Positions 10,619-20,981 of a stretch of DNA of 64,000 nucleotides are shown here, in pieces (positions within the stretch are counted from its first letter, which is position 1; every line of letters starts with the position of its first letter). A program made the translations under genes and the position numbers. Under the pieces are notes generated by a model. It had not been told where the DNA came from, did not search any database, and was given only the letters and a program-made list of their open reading frames with translations. The DNA comes from Alphaproteobacteria bacterium (GTDB taxonomy: Bacteria; Pseudomonadota; Alphaproteobacteria; UBA828): the NCBI GenBank assembly GCA_965237415.1, contig CBDEFM010000002.1:2592001-2656000 (forward strand), written 5' to 3'.

Positions 10619-11431
10619 TCAAACCGGCCGCTCTTCCCTAAGCACGCCGCCAGTTCTGAGTACGCCGACATGGCGCGCGAGTCCGGTCTTGTCGTCGGTC
10701 TCGACCAAGACGGCGCAGAGGGTGGCGTCGCCCTCGGCGGGTGTGGCGCGAGGGCCAGGGCGTTTTCTCGTAAAGCGGGCGAGCGGCGCGTCCACGGCAA
10801 GACCGATGATCGATTCGTAGTTGCCGCACATGCCGACGTCCGAGATGTAGGCTGTGCCCTTGGGCAGAATGCGGTGGTCGGCCGTCGGCACGTGAGTATG
10901 GGTGCCCACCGCCAGCGACACGCGGCCGTCGGCCAGATAGGCGAGCGCCTGTTTCTCGCTCGTCGCTTCGCCATGGACGTCGAGAACGATCGCATCCACC
11001 GACTGCCCGAGCCGATGCTCCTGCAGCGTCTCCTCGACGCAGGCGAAGGGCTCGCCGATGGGGTCCATGAAAAGCTGGGTGAGCACCTGGAAAACGAAGA
11101 CCGAGCGGCCGTCCCGCGTATGCAGCAGCGCGCCTGCGCTCCCCGGCGTGCCCTTCGGGTAGTTGCGGGCGCGAACCAGCCGCCGGTCGGTCTCGATATA
11201 GCGTTCGGTGCCGCGCTGGTCCCAGGCGTGGTTGCCAAGGGTGATCACGTCGGCGCCGACCTGATAGAGGGCTTTGCATATTTCCGGCGTGATGCCGAAG
11301 CCGCCGGCAGCGTTCTCGCCGTTCACGATCACGAGATCGAGGGCGAGTTCCTCGCGCAGGTCCGGCAGGCGTTCCGACAGGATGTCGCGGCCGGGGCGGC
11401 CCACGACATCGCCGCAGAACAGGATGCGCAT
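10619..11431 (-). CDS. ymdB: YmdB/TIGR00282-family metallophosphoesterase
   Basis: MRILFCGDVVGRPGR, NGENAAGGFG, GNHAWD, HGEATSEK, GTHTHVPTAD. Confidence 0.92.
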   Translation of the reverse strand: MRILFCGDVVGRPGRDILSERLPDLREELALDLVIVNGENAAGGFGITPEICKALYQVGADVITLGNHAWDQRGTERYIETDRRLVRARNYPKGTPGSAGALLHTRDGRSVFVFQVLTQLFMDPIGEPFACVEETLQEHRLGQSVDAIVLDVHGEATSEKQALAYLADGRVSLAVGTHTHVPTADHRILPKGTAYISDVGMCGNYESIIGLAVDAPLARFTRKRPGPRATPAEGDATLCAVLVETDDKTGLARHVGVLRTGGVLREERPV

Positions 11432-11456
11432 CCTCAGGCTCTCCTTGTGCCTAGGA

Positions 11457-12056
11457 TCAGACCGCGTGCGGGGTGATCGGCATGGCGCCGCGCTCGGTGA
11501 CGATCCAGTCGAGCGGTTCGTCGTGCGGGGCCCGCGGCAGGCCGGGCATGAGCTGCCCGGTATAGGCCAGGCCCACCGCGACGATGGATCGCGTCTGCCG
11601 CAGCGCCTGCAGCGAACGGTCGTAATAGCCGCCGCCGTAACCCAAGCGGTATCCGTCACGGTCATAGGCGAGCAGCGGCACCAGGAGGTGGGTCGGCTGG
11701 GCCGGCGCGGCGTCCTCCGCGGGCTCAGGGATGCGGAACGGCCCCCGCGACAACTCAGCACCCGGCGTCCAGATCCGAAACTGCAGCGCCCGGCCCTTGC
11801 CCACCACCGCCGGCAGACAACAGACGAAGCTGGCGCCGACGAGCCGGGCCAGCAGGGGCATGGCATCGATCTCTTCCCTGATCGCCCAATAGCCGGAGAC
11901 GACCGCGCCTGCAGGCGTGGGAACCGCAGCCAGGTAGTGGTTGGCGGCCCGGACTCCCGCGCCCGGCCCCGCCGCCCGGCGCGCAGACCGACGCCGCGCC
12001 AGCGCGTACTCGCGCAGCGCCTGCTTGCGGTCGTGGATTGCGGCGCTGTGAGACAC
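11457..12056 (-). CDS. ygfA: 5-formyltetrahydrofolate cyclo-ligase
   Basis: KQALR, LLVPLLAYDRDGYRLGYGGGYYDR, PHDEPLDWIVTE; lies downstream of 6S RNA. Confidence 0.92.
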   Translation of the reverse strand: MSHSAAIHDRKQALREYALARRRSARRAAGPGAGVRAANHYLAAVPTPAGAVVSGYWAIREEIDAMPLLARLVGASFVCCLPAVVGKGRALQFRIWTPGAELSRGPFRIPEPAEDAAPAQPTHLLVPLLAYDRDGYRLGYGGGYYDRSLQALRQTRSIVAVGLAYTGQLMPGLPRAPHDEPLDWIVTERGAMPITPHAV

Positions 12057-12080
12057 GGTCGGTCTCCATAAGAGGAAAGA

Positions 12081-12242
12081 GGACGGCCCCGCCTGAACCG
12101 TCGCACCCAAAGCTTCCTCCAGGCCGATATGACCAGGTGGGCGCCGTATCGCCGAGACCGCAGCCCCGGCAGGGACAGCTCCCGAGAAGCGAAAATTGAC
12201 CGCGGGAAACAGTCGGTGCGACAAATCCGGCAGTAACCGTCC
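12081..12242 (-). ncRNA. ssrS: 6S RNA
   Basis: About 160 nt between zapA and ygfA (the canonical ssrS site), closed by a GGACGG/CCGTCC terminal stem, with alphaproteobacterial-type GGGAGCTGTCCCTG and GGCGCCCACCTG segments. Confidence 0.85.
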
Positions 12243-12252
12243 GAAAAGAATT

Positions 12253-12606
12253 CTAGTCTTTCTCCAGGGAGCCGGCAATGTTCTCGATCCGCTCGGCCAG
12301 TGCCTCGACGAGCGGCGCATACCTGCTGTCGAGCCCCGCCTCTGCGTCGACGCGGGCCCTTCTCTCAGCAAGCCTCGAGTGCGATTGCAGCCGGTCGAGC
12401 TCGTCATAGGCATCGGCAAGCTCGTCGGCGATCACGAGGCAGGCCATGAGCAGGAGGCGGACCTCGCCGACCCTGCCCACGGTCTCCGAAAGCTCCTGTG
12501 CACGCCGGTCGACATAGGCCGCGAGCTTGGCCACGTGCTCTTCCTGACCATCGTCGCAGGAGACCGGGTACCGCCGCCCCCCGATGGTGACCGCAACCTC
12601 GCCCAT
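12253..12606 (-). CDS. zapA: Cell division protein ZapA
   Basis: VAVTIGGRRYPVSCDDGQEEH...RLLLMACLVIADEL. Confidence 0.9.
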   Translation of the reverse strand: MGEVAVTIGGRRYPVSCDDGQEEHVAKLAAYVDRRAQELSETVGRVGEVRLLLMACLVIADELADAYDELDRLQSHSRLAERRARVDAEAGLDSRYAPLVEALAERIENIAGSLEKD

Positions 12607-12614
12607 TGCCCGTT

Positions 12615-12926
12615 CTAGACTCCCAAGATCACGCGCAGCGACCCGATCGCGTCATCGAGGCGTTCTGCGACCGCTTCGTTGGCCTGACGCGTGGCGGCCT
12701 GGTGTTGCCTGGCGTCGGCGAGCGCCCGCGCAAGCTGCGCCCGCTCCAACCTGAGCGCATCGAGGTCGGCGTGCAGCGAGTCCCGCTCGCGCTCGACAGC
12801 GGCGATTGTGCTCGCCAGCGCCGGCGTATGCGCGTCTCGCGCCGATGGTCGGCCATTTGCGAGCGCCTTGTCGAGCCGCTCGACAGCCCGCTCGAGCCGG
12901 TCGCTCGCCTTCTTCAGTTCGGACAT
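12615..12926 (-). CDS. Coiled-coil protein upstream of zapA (ZapB/ZauP-like)
   Basis: All-heptad 103-aa protein (RLERAVERLDKAL...RLDDAIGSLRVILG) in the usual position before zapA. Confidence 0.7.
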   Translation of the reverse strand: MSELKKASDRLERAVERLDKALANGRPSARDAHTPALASTIAAVERERDSLHADLDALRLERAQLARALADARQHQAATRQANEAVAERLDDAIGSLRVILGV

Positions 12927-13056
12927 GATGAAGTCGTTATTAGTCTTGTAGCGGGCTACAAATGTGATCTCCCCCCTGCCCGCGCCGAGACAGTAGAACG
13001 CCGGCGGGGCGAGCGTCAACACGCACGGGCGTGCCCCTACCGTGGCGCAGCTCGGC

Positions 13057-14544
13057 TCAGCCCAGGTAGCGCCGCTGCAGGTGGGCCTTGAAGACCTCGG
13101 TGCCGAGGGACTTACCGGTCGCGCGTTCGAGCAGCGCCGGGCCCTCGTAGCGGGAGGCGAGGCAGTGGACGTTGGCCCTGAGCCAGCCGAAGAGGGGCGC
13201 GAAGTCGCCGCGCTCGATGGCGGGCCACAGATCCGGCTCTTCTCGCGCGGCGGCGTCAAAGAACTGCGCCGCCATCAACGCGCCGATGGTGTAGCTCGGG
13301 AAATAGCCGAGCTCGCCGACCGACCAGTGGATGTCCTGCAGACAGCCTTGCGCGTCGTTTTCCGGCCTGAGCCCGAGCAGGGCCCCGTGAACCTCGGCCC
13401 AGGCGCCGGGAATCTCATCGACGGCGAGTTCGCCCACGATCAGGGCGCGCTCCAGCCGATAGCGGAGCATGATGTGGGCGGGGTAGGTCACCTCGTCGGC
13501 GTCCACCCTGATATAGCCCGGCTCGACGCGGATCGCCCGCCGGTAGAGTGCCTCCGCATCCGCAGAGTCCCCGCCGCTGCCATTGAGGTGTTGGCCGAGC
13601 AGCGGCGCGAGAAACCGCATGAAGGGCTGGCTGCGGCAAGCCTGCATCTCGATCAGCAGCGACTGGCTCTCGTGCAGGGCCATGCCGCCCGCCTGACCCA
13701 CCGGCTGGTACCGCCACGCCTCCGGCAGGCCCGCCTCATAGAGCGCGTGGCCGGTCTCGTGCAACACCCCCATCAGACCAGAGAGGGCGTCCGCCTCGTC
13801 GTAGCGGGTGGTGATGCGAATGTCGCCGGCACTTCCGCCGCAGAAAGGGTGGAGACTGACATCGAGGCGCCCATGGTCGAAGTCGAAACCCAGTGCCGTC
13901 ATCAAGCGCCTGGCGAGGGCCTGCTGCGCCTCCACAGGCGCGCTCACCGGCGGCGGCGTGCCATCACCCGCCTGCCGCTCTTGCACGCGGTCGAGAAATT
14001 CAGGGAGAAATTTCGCGAGCTCGTCGAAGAGCGGATCGATGGTCGCGGAGCGCAACCCCGGCTCGTATGAATCGATCAGCCCGTCGTAGGGCGCGCAGAC
14101 CAGGGCCTCGCCCAGCGCCGCGGCCTTCTCGCGGACGAGGGCCAGCAGCGGTGCGAAGGCACGCGCGAAGGTCGGAAAATCGCTCGCCGGCCGGGCCTCG
14201 CGCCACACCATCTCGCAATGCGACGAGGCTTCGCTCAGCGCCTGCACCAGGTCGGCCGGCAGGGCGGCGGCCTCGCGCCAGCGCCGCCGCATGCGTGCGA
14301 GATTGGCCCGCTGCCAATCGTCGAGGGTATCGGTGTCCGCCTCGGCCTTGTCCAGCAGGTCACGGACGCTGGGATCGGTCAGCGTCTCGTGGCGGATCAG
14401 CGCGAGCTCGGCGAGCTGGGCCGCGCGCGGCTCGGCGCCGCCGGGCGGCATCATCGTCGCCCAGTCCCAGTGCAGCATCGCGGCCGCGCCGCCGAGCAGG
14501 CCGAGGCGCCGGAAGCGGGCTTCCAACGCGCCGTAGGCGCTCAT
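13057..14544 (-). CDS. Carboxypeptidase Taq (M32 family)
   Basis: HPF, DIRITTRY, HETGH, HESQ, IRVDADE and GCLQDIHW motifs. Confidence 0.94.
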   Translation of the reverse strand: MSAYGALEARFRRLGLLGGAAAMLHWDWATMMPPGGAEPRAAQLAELALIRHETLTDPSVRDLLDKAEADTDTLDDWQRANLARMRRRWREAAALPADLVQALSEASSHCEMVWREARPASDFPTFARAFAPLLALVREKAAALGEALVCAPYDGLIDSYEPGLRSATIDPLFDELAKFLPEFLDRVQERQAGDGTPPPVSAPVEAQQALARRLMTALGFDFDHGRLDVSLHPFCGGSAGDIRITTRYDEADALSGLMGVLHETGHALYEAGLPEAWRYQPVGQAGGMALHESQSLLIEMQACRSQPFMRFLAPLLGQHLNGSGGDSADAEALYRRAIRVEPGYIRVDADEVTYPAHIMLRYRLERALIVGELAVDEIPGAWAEVHGALLGLRPENDAQGCLQDIHWSVGELGYFPSYTIGALMAAQFFDAAAREEPDLWPAIERGDFAPLFGWLRANVHCLASRYEGPALLERATGKSLGTEVFKAHLQRRYLG

Positions 14545-14562
14545 GCTGCTCTCACCGTGCCC

Positions 14563-15309
14563 TCACGCCTCGTTCTCGTCGGGTTGCCGGCCACGGCGCA
14601 TGAAGATCACATAGATCACGCCCAGGCTGATCGCGAGCGCATACCAGATCACGATGTACTGCATGTGCTCGCTGCGCAGCTCGACCTTGGTCTGCCCGCC
14701 GATGGGCAGACCGCCCGGGTTGGGGGTGGGGCCGGCGTCCACCAGAAACGACAGCGCGGGAACTCCTGCCTTGGCCGCGAGCGCTTCCGTATCGGTCCAG
14801 AACCAGATGTTGTTCTCGGGCTCGTTGTCGGGCGTGAACCAGCCGGCGCGCCCGCCGGGCACGACTGTGCCCTCAAGGCGGAACATTCCCTGCATCTGAC
14901 CTCCGAGCCGGGTCTCCGATTCCTTGCTCTCCAGCGGCACCCAGCCGCGGTTGACCAGCACGACCGGGCCGTCCGCGCGCTCGAACGGCGTGATGATTTG
15001 GTAGCCCACGCGGCGGTCGTGAGTGCGTGCGGCGAGAAACATCTCCGCCTCGTGGCGGAAGCGCCCCTCCAGCCAGACCCGGCGGTAGGCGAAGGAGTCG
15101 GAATCGGCCAGATCGGCGGGCAGCATCACCGCCTCCGCCTGATGGCTGGTGCGGCGCTCCTCGTTGAGCTCGGTCTTCCAGATCAGGCGATGCACCTGCC
15201 AGGAGCCGAGCGCGAGCAGGATCAGGATGCCGGGGATCGCGAACCAGGTCGCCTGCCGCCGCGCGCGCGCGCTCGTCACCCGCGGCCGGGCGGGGTCATC
15301 ACTCGCCAA
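14563..15309 (-). CDS. surf1: SURF1 family cytochrome oxidase assembly protein (start uncertain)
   Basis: LGSWQVHRLIWK, VLVNRGWVP, HMQYIVIWY. Confidence 0.9.
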   Translation of the reverse strand: MASDDPARPRVTSARARRQATWFAIPGILILLALGSWQVHRLIWKTELNEERRTSHQAEAVMLPADLADSDSFAYRRVWLEGRFRHEAEMFLAARTHDRRVGYQIITPFERADGPVVLVNRGWVPLESKESETRLGGQMQGMFRLEGTVVPGGRAGWFTPDNEPENNIWFWTDTEALAAKAGVPALSFLVDAGPTPNPGGLPIGGQTKVELRSEHMQYIVIWYALAISLGVIYVIFMRRGRQPDENEA

Positions 15310-15670
15310 AGCCGGCCGCCCTGTGCCTGTACTGGAGCGCGATCAGGAGCGCCTTGGCGGGCCGCAGAAGGACGAGACTCAACACGGTGATCGCAGGGAG
15401 CCAGAGGACCGCGTGGAGCCAGTAGGGCGGCGCGTGGGTAAACTCCAGCCAGAACGCGAGCGCGACGACGATGCCGCCCACGATGAACATGACGAAGACC
15501 GCCGGTCCGTCGGCGCTGTCATGCTGCCCCAGCTCGAACGAGCAGTTGCCGCAACGCGGGGCGACACGCAGGTAGCCGGCGAACAGCTTGCCGCGGCCGC
15601 AGCGGGGGCAGCGGGAAAGAAGACCGGCCTTCAGGACCGAGACCGGCGGATAGTAGCTGCCATCCGCCAT
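15299..15670 (-). CDS. DUF983-family membrane protein
   Basis: RCPRCGRGKLF...CGNC...DGPA followed by two TM helices. Confidence 0.85.
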   Translation of the reverse strand: MADGSYYPPVSVLKAGLLSRCPRCGRGKLFAGYLRVAPRCGNCSFELGQHDSADGPAVFVMFIVGGIVVALAFWLEFTHAPPYWLHAVLWLPAITVLSLVLLRPAKALLIALQYRHRAAGFGE

Positions 15671-15680
15671 GCCGTCTCTG

Positions 15681-16487
15681 TCAGCCCCCGCCCCACCAGT
15701 AGACCCAGATGAAGAGGAACAGCCAGACCACGTCGACGAAGTGCCAGTACCAGGCTGCGGCCTCGAAACCGATATGCTGGTCCGGCTTGAACTGCCGCTT
15801 CAGCGCCCGGTAGAGGCAGACCGAGAGGAAGATCGCGCCGACGGTGACGTGGAAGCCGTGGAAGCCCGTCGCCATGAAGAAGGTGGAGGGATAGATGCCA
15901 TCGCGGAAGCCGAAGGCCGCATGGGCGTACTCGTAGCCCTGGACGCCGATGAAGGCGATGCCGAGCATGACGGTGAGCGCAAGCCCCAAGACCAGTTGCT
16001 GGTGATTGCCGGCGCGCAGCGCATGGTGCGCCCAGGTCACGGTCGCGCCGGAGGTCAGCAGCAGCAGCGTATTGACGAAGGGAAGCCGCCAGGCGGGGAT
16101 CACCTCGACGCCGGGCGGTGGCCAGATATTGCTGATCGCGTCGGTCGGCATGATCGAGGCGTTGAAGAACGCCCAGAAGAACGCCGCGAAGAACATCACC
16201 TCGGACGCGATGAAGAGCACCATGCCGAAGCGGATCCCCCGCTGAACGACCTGGGTGTGCTCGTTCTCGACCAGCGCCTCGCGGATCACGTCGCGCCACC
16301 AGAAGTACATGGTGAGCAGAACGACGACCCCGCCGATGGTCATCAGCCAAATCTGGCCGGTGTGCATGAAGATGACCACGCCGCCGAGCCCCAGGCCGGC
16401 GCCGCCGAGGGCGCCGATAACCGGCCACGGGCTCGGCTTCACCATGTGGTAGTCGTGGTTCGCGGCCCCGTGTGCGCTATCCGCCAT
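15681..16487 (-). CDS. coxC: Cytochrome c oxidase subunit III
   Basis: HDYHMVKPSPWP, FIASEVMFF, TGFHGFHV, WYWHFVDVVW. Confidence 0.96.
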   Translation of the reverse strand: MADSAHGAANHDYHMVKPSPWPVIGALGGAGLGLGGVVIFMHTGQIWLMTIGGVVVLLTMYFWWRDVIREALVENEHTQVVQRGIRFGMVLFIASEVMFFAAFFWAFFNASIMPTDAISNIWPPPGVEVIPAWRLPFVNTLLLLTSGATVTWAHHALRAGNHQQLVLGLALTVMLGIAFIGVQGYEYAHAAFGFRDGIYPSTFFMATGFHGFHVTVGAIFLSVCLYRALKRQFKPDQHIGFEAAAWYWHFVDVVWLFLFIWVYWWGGG

Positions 16488-17133
16488 AACTAGACTCGCT
16501 CCCTGGTCTCGGGCCCGCCGCATCAGACGGTCCGCCGTCGGCCGCATCCTGCGTCAGTGCGGCCTCCGTCACGCCCTCTCCGCGTGCGAAGAACGTGTAG
16601 GACAGTGTGATCGTGTTCACGTCGTCGAGCCGGCGATCCTCGACGATGTCGGGATCGACGAAGAACGACACCGGAAAATCGGCTCGCTCTCCCGGCGCGA
16701 GCGTCTGCTCCTCGAAGCAGAAGCATTCGATCTTGTTGAAGTAGACGCCCGCCTTCACCGGCGTCACGTTGAAGGTCGAGCTGCCGACGAGCGCCCGGTC
16801 CGACTGGTTCACGGCGTTGTAGACGGCCATGGCCATCTCGCCCACGCGCACCGTCATCTCGCGCTGCTCGGGCTTGAAGTACCACGGCAGGTCGCGCGCG
16901 GTATCGGCGTTGAAGCGTATGGTGACCAGCCGCTCGCCGATCTCGGCAGGCGCTGCGTCCGCAACCTGGGTGGTGCCGCCGAAGCCGGTGACCTGGCAGA
17001 AGAGCGTGTAGAGCGGCACCGCGCCGAAGGCGAGGCCCACCATGCCGCACGCGACGACGCCCAGAATGAGCGCGGTCAGGGCACGCCGGCGGCGGCCGTC
17101 CTTTTCGGGTGTGCGGGGCACCTCGGCCGCCAT
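16477..17133 (-). CDS. ctaG: Cytochrome c oxidase copper chaperone CtaG/Cox11
   Basis: VPLYTLFCQVTGFGG and KIECFCFEEQ. Confidence 0.95.
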   Translation of the reverse strand: MAAEVPRTPEKDGRRRRALTALILGVVACGMVGLAFGAVPLYTLFCQVTGFGGTTQVADAAPAEIGERLVTIRFNADTARDLPWYFKPEQREMTVRVGEMAMAVYNAVNQSDRALVGSSTFNVTPVKAGVYFNKIECFCFEEQTLAPGERADFPVSFFVDPDIVEDRRLDDVNTITLSYTFFARGEGVTEAALTQDAADGGPSDAAGPRPGSESSYGG

Positions 17134-17134
17134 C

Positions 17135-17269
17135 CTACTCGCCCCCCATCCTGACGATGGTGATCAGGTAGAACAGGATCGCGAGCGCGAGCAGCGCGCC
17201 GCCGAGCACGAGGTTGCGGACCTTGCGCCGCCGCTCGCTGTCTCGGTCTTTCACGATTCCGTCCCTCAT
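17135..17269 (-). CDS. Small single-TM protein of the cox operon (CoxF-like)
   Basis: [30 protein letters not shown]; ATGA overlap with the ctaB stop, positioned between ctaB and ctaG. Confidence 0.7.
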   Translation of the reverse strand: MRDGIVKDRDSERRRKVRNLVLGGALLALAILFYLITIVRMGGE

Positions 17270-18183
17270 GGCAGGAGCGGGACCGGCCATGCCCGGTCGA
17301 CGAGCAGAAGCACGAAGAGGGCGAAGAGATAGACGATCGAGGTGCCGAAGAGCCGTTTCGCCGCGGCCGGGCTGCGATCCACGAGGACGCGGAACGCGCC
17401 GCCCGCGAGCAGGAGGCTCGCCACCAGCGCACCGATGCCGTAGACCGCGCCCGCAGCACCGGTCGCGCACGGAGCCAGGCTCATGGGCAGGAGGAGCAAC
17501 GAGTAGGCCACGATCCAGCGCCGCGTGCTGCGATCGCCCGCGACCACCGGCAGCATCGGCACGTTGGCCGCCTCGTAGTCATCGGCGCGAACCAGCGCCA
17601 ACGCCCAGAAATGCGGTGGCGTCCAGAGGAAGATGATCCCGAACAGGGCGGCCGAGGTGAGGTCGATGCCGCCGGTCACCGCCGCCCAGCCGATCATCGG
17701 CGGGAACGCGCCGGCAGCACCGCCGATCACGATGTTCTGCGGCGTGCGCCGCTTCAGCCACATCGTGTAGATCACGACATAGAAGAAGATCGTGAAGGCG
17801 AGCAGGCCGGCCGCGACCCAGTTCACCGCAAGCCCCATCAGCGCGGTCGAGCCCGCTGACAGCACGATACCGAAACCGAGCGCGGTGCCCGGCTCGACCC
17901 GCCCGGCTGGGATCGGCCGCAGGCGGGTGCGTGTCATCACGGCGTCGATGTCGCGGTCGTACCACATGTTGATGGCCGCAGACCCGCCGGCGCCGACCGC
18001 GATGCAGAGCACCGCCACTACCGCAATCACCGGATGAATGGTGCCGGGCGCGATGACGAGGCCGACCGCGCCGGTGAAGACCACGAGCGACATGACCCGC
18101 GGCTTCAGGAGCGCGAACGCGTCGGCAAGCGCGACCGGCGCTGCGCCTTCCGCGACCGCTACCCTCGCCGCCGGCTCACTCAT
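17266..18183 (-). CDS. ctaB: Protoheme IX farnesyltransferase (heme o synthase)
   Basis: [36 protein letters not shown]. Confidence 0.95.
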   Translation of the reverse strand: MSEPAARVAVAEGAAPVALADAFALLKPRVMSLVVFTGAVGLVIAPGTIHPVIAVVAVLCIAVGAGGSAAINMWYDRDIDAVMTRTRLRPIPAGRVEPGTALGFGIVLSAGSTALMGLAVNWVAAGLLAFTIFFYVVIYTMWLKRRTPQNIVIGGAAGAFPPMIGWAAVTGGIDLTSAALFGIIFLWTPPHFWALALVRADDYEAANVPMLPVVAGDRSTRRWIVAYSLLLLPMSLAPCATGAAGAVYGIGALVASLLLAGGAFRVLVDRSPAAAKRLFGTSIVYLFALFVLLLVDRAWPVPLLP

Positions 18184-18204
18184 CGCGCAGGACCCCGCTC
18201 CGGC

Positions 18205-19803
18205 CTAGCGGACCCGGGGCAGTTCCTCGTGGGTGTGGAACGGTGCCGGCGACGGCACCGTCCATTCGAGGGTACGCGCGCCCTCGCCCCAGGGGTTGGC
18301 GGCGCACTTCTTACCCCAGAAGAGCGTGTAGATGAGGATGTAGATGAACAGGATCAGCCCGGCGGCCGAGATGTAGGAGCCGATCGACGAGATCAGGTTC
18401 CAGCCGGCGTAGGCGTCCGGATAGTCGGGGATGCGGCGCGGCATGCCCGAGACGCCGGAGAAGTGCATCGGGAAGAACGTGAGGTTCACGCCGACGAAGG
18501 TGATCCAGAAGTGAATCTTACCCAGCGTCTCCGGATACTGGCGGCCGGACATCTTGCCGATCCAGTAGTAGAACGCGCCGAAGGCCATGAACACGGCACC
18601 GAGCGAGAGCACGTAGTGGAAGTGCCCGACCACGTAGTAGGTGTCGTGCAGCGCGTTATCGAGGCCCGCATTGGCGAGCACGACGCCGGTCACGCCGCCG
18701 ACGGTGAACAGGAAGATGAAGCCGAAGGCCCACAGCATGGGCGTCTTGAAGTCGATCGAGCCGCCCCACATGGTGGCGATCCAGCTGAAGATCTTGATGC
18801 CTGTCGGCACCGCGATGACCATCGTCGCACCGATGAAGTAGGCCCGCGTATCGACATCCATGCCCACCGTGAACATGTGGTGCGCCCACACGACGAAGCC
18901 GATGAAGCCGATGGCGACCATCGCATAGGCCATCCCGAGATAGCCGAACACCGGCTTGTTGGAGAACGTGGAGACGATGTGGCTCACGATCCCGAAGGCC
19001 GGCAGGATGAGGATGTAGACCTCCGGATGCCCGAAGAACCAGAAGAGATGCTGGTAGAGTATCGGGTCGCCACCGCCGGCAGCGTCGAAGAATGCGGTGC
19101 CGAAGTTGCGGTCCGTCAGCAGCATCGTGATGGCGCCCGCCAGCACCGGCAGCGAGAGCAGCAGCAGGAACGCGGTCACCAGCACCGACCAGACGAAGAG
19201 CGGCAGTTTGTGCATCGTCATGCCCGGTGCACGCATGTTGAGGATGGTGGTAATGAAATTAATGGCGCCGAGGATCGACGACGCACCCGCGAGATGCAGC
19301 GCGAAAATGCCGAGATCCATGGCCGGGCCCACGTGGCCCGAGGTCGATAACGGCGCATAGACCGTCCAGCCCGCGCCGACCCCCGGCCCGGGCCCCCCGT
19401 CCACGAACATCGACGTCACCAGAAGCGCGGCCGAGGGCACGAGCAGCCAGAAGCTGATGTTGTTCATGCGCGGGAACGCCATGTCGGGCGCCCCGATCAT
19501 CAACGGCACGAACCAGTTGCCGAAGCCGCCGATGAAGGCCGGCATGATCATGAAGAACACCATGATCAGCCCGTGGCCCGTCACGAAGACGTTGAAGGTG
19601 TGCGAATCGGCGAAGATCTGCATGCCCGGCTCGGCCAGCTCCATCCGCATGAAGATGGAAAGCACCGCACCCACGATGCCGAACACCAGCGCGAAGGCGA
19701 TGTACATCGTGCCGATGTCTTTGTGGTTGGTGGAGTAGAGCCACCGCGTGATGCCCCGCGGCATGTGGTCGTGCGCTACGTGGGCGTGGGCGTGGTCCGC
19801 CAT
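18205..19803 (-). CDS. coxA: Cytochrome c oxidase subunit I (aa3, A1 type)
   Basis: [27 protein letters not shown]. Confidence 0.98.
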   Translation of the reverse strand: MADHAHAHVAHDHMPRGITRWLYSTNHKDIGTMYIAFALVFGIVGAVLSIFMRMELAEPGMQIFADSHTFNVFVTGHGLIMVFFMIMPAFIGGFGNWFVPLMIGAPDMAFPRMNNISFWLLVPSAALLVTSMFVDGGPGPGVGAGWTVYAPLSTSGHVGPAMDLGIFALHLAGASSILGAINFITTILNMRAPGMTMHKLPLFVWSVLVTAFLLLLSLPVLAGAITMLLTDRNFGTAFFDAAGGGDPILYQHLFWFFGHPEVYILILPAFGIVSHIVSTFSNKPVFGYLGMAYAMVAIGFIGFVVWAHHMFTVGMDVDTRAYFIGATMVIAVPTGIKIFSWIATMWGGSIDFKTPMLWAFGFIFLFTVGGVTGVVLANAGLDNALHDTYYVVGHFHYVLSLGAVFMAFGAFYYWIGKMSGRQYPETLGKIHFWITFVGVNLTFFPMHFSGVSGMPRRIPDYPDAYAGWNLISSIGSYISAAGLILFIYILIYTLFWGKKCAANPWGEGARTLEWTVPSPAPFHTHEELPRVR

Positions 19804-19818
19804 GGCCTCTCTCCTTCC

Positions 19819-20670
19819 TCAGCGCGCCGCAGGCGCGCCCACGACGAGCGATGCAACCTCGGTCGGGGTATCGTCCGCCGACGCGTATTCTTCTTGCGCC
19901 ATTTCCACCCAGGCGTCGAAGCCCTCTTGCGACACCGCTTCGATCATGATTGGCATGAAGCCGTGCAACGTGCCGCAGAGCTCCGAGCACTGCCCGTAAT
20001 AGATGCCCTCGCGGTTGATCTGGAACCAGGTCTCGTTGACCCGGCCGGGCACGGAATCCATCTTGACGCCGAGCGCCGGGACGGCCCAGGAGTGGATCAC
20101 GTCGTCGGCCGTCGTCAGCAGCCTGATCTTGGCGCCCACGGGCAGCACCACCGCCGTGTCTGTCGCCAGCAGGCGGGGCTGCCCCTCCTCCAGCTCGTCG
20201 TCCTCCAGTATCAGGGCGTCGAAGGTGAAGTCGCCGTGGTCCGGATATTCGTAGGACCAGTACCACTGGTGGCCGATCGCCTTGAGCGTCATGTCGGCCT
20301 CCTCGACGCGATCGGTGTAGTAGAGGAGCCGGAACGAGGGCACCACGATGACGAGCAGGATGATCACCGGCACGACGGTCCACACCACTTCAAGCAGGGT
20401 GTTGTGGGTCGTCTTCGACGGCGTCGGGTTCCGCTTCTTGTTGTAGCGGATCACGATCCACGCCATCAGGCCGAACACGAAGGCCGTGATGATCACGATG
20501 ATGATCGTAACCATGAGGTTGAAGTCGACGATGCGCTCCATCGAGGGGGAGAGAGCGGTCTGAAAATCGACTTCCCAGTCGCTCGGCGCCTGTGCTGCTG
20601 CCGATCCAGCAGCGCCAAGTGCGCCGGCGAGACCGGCGACCAATGCGCCCAGTTTCGCGAGATGCCTCAC
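19819..20670 (-). CDS. coxB: Cytochrome c oxidase subunit II
   Basis: GHQWYWSYEY, DVIHSW and the CuA motif CSELCGTLHGFM; GTG start after GGAGGAG. Confidence 0.96.
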   Translation of the reverse strand: MRHLAKLGALVAGLAGALGAAGSAAAQAPSDWEVDFQTALSPSMERIVDFNLMVTIIIVIITAFVFGLMAWIVIRYNKKRNPTPSKTTHNTLLEVVWTVVPVIILLVIVVPSFRLLYYTDRVEEADMTLKAIGHQWYWSYEYPDHGDFTFDALILEDDELEEGQPRLLATDTAVVLPVGAKIRLLTTADDVIHSWAVPALGVKMDSVPGRVNETWFQINREGIYYGQCSELCGTLHGFMPIMIEAVSQEGFDAWVEMAQEEYASADDTPTEVASLVVGAPAAR

Positions 20671-20981
20671 TACACTCCTCCACTCGCTCGACAGAAAACG
20701 CCCGATCGCCGCCGTCGCCGTCGCCACGCCTGCGAATCGCAGGTCTGAACCTCAGGCGGCCCGGTCACTCCGCACGCGGACGCACGGCGCGGCCATCGGC
20801 GCGCCGCCCGCTGCACACGAGACGCGAGGGTCCTACCATGCACCCCGCCGTTTTTGAAGCCCCTCATTGACGGAGTGCCACGCAGTCGCCAATTCTTTGG
20901 TCTTGGCATGGCGCGCGTCCACGCGTCGGCTGCCTGCACGCCCCGCATACGGTGGCGCGCGACGAACGAAGGACCAGCCCG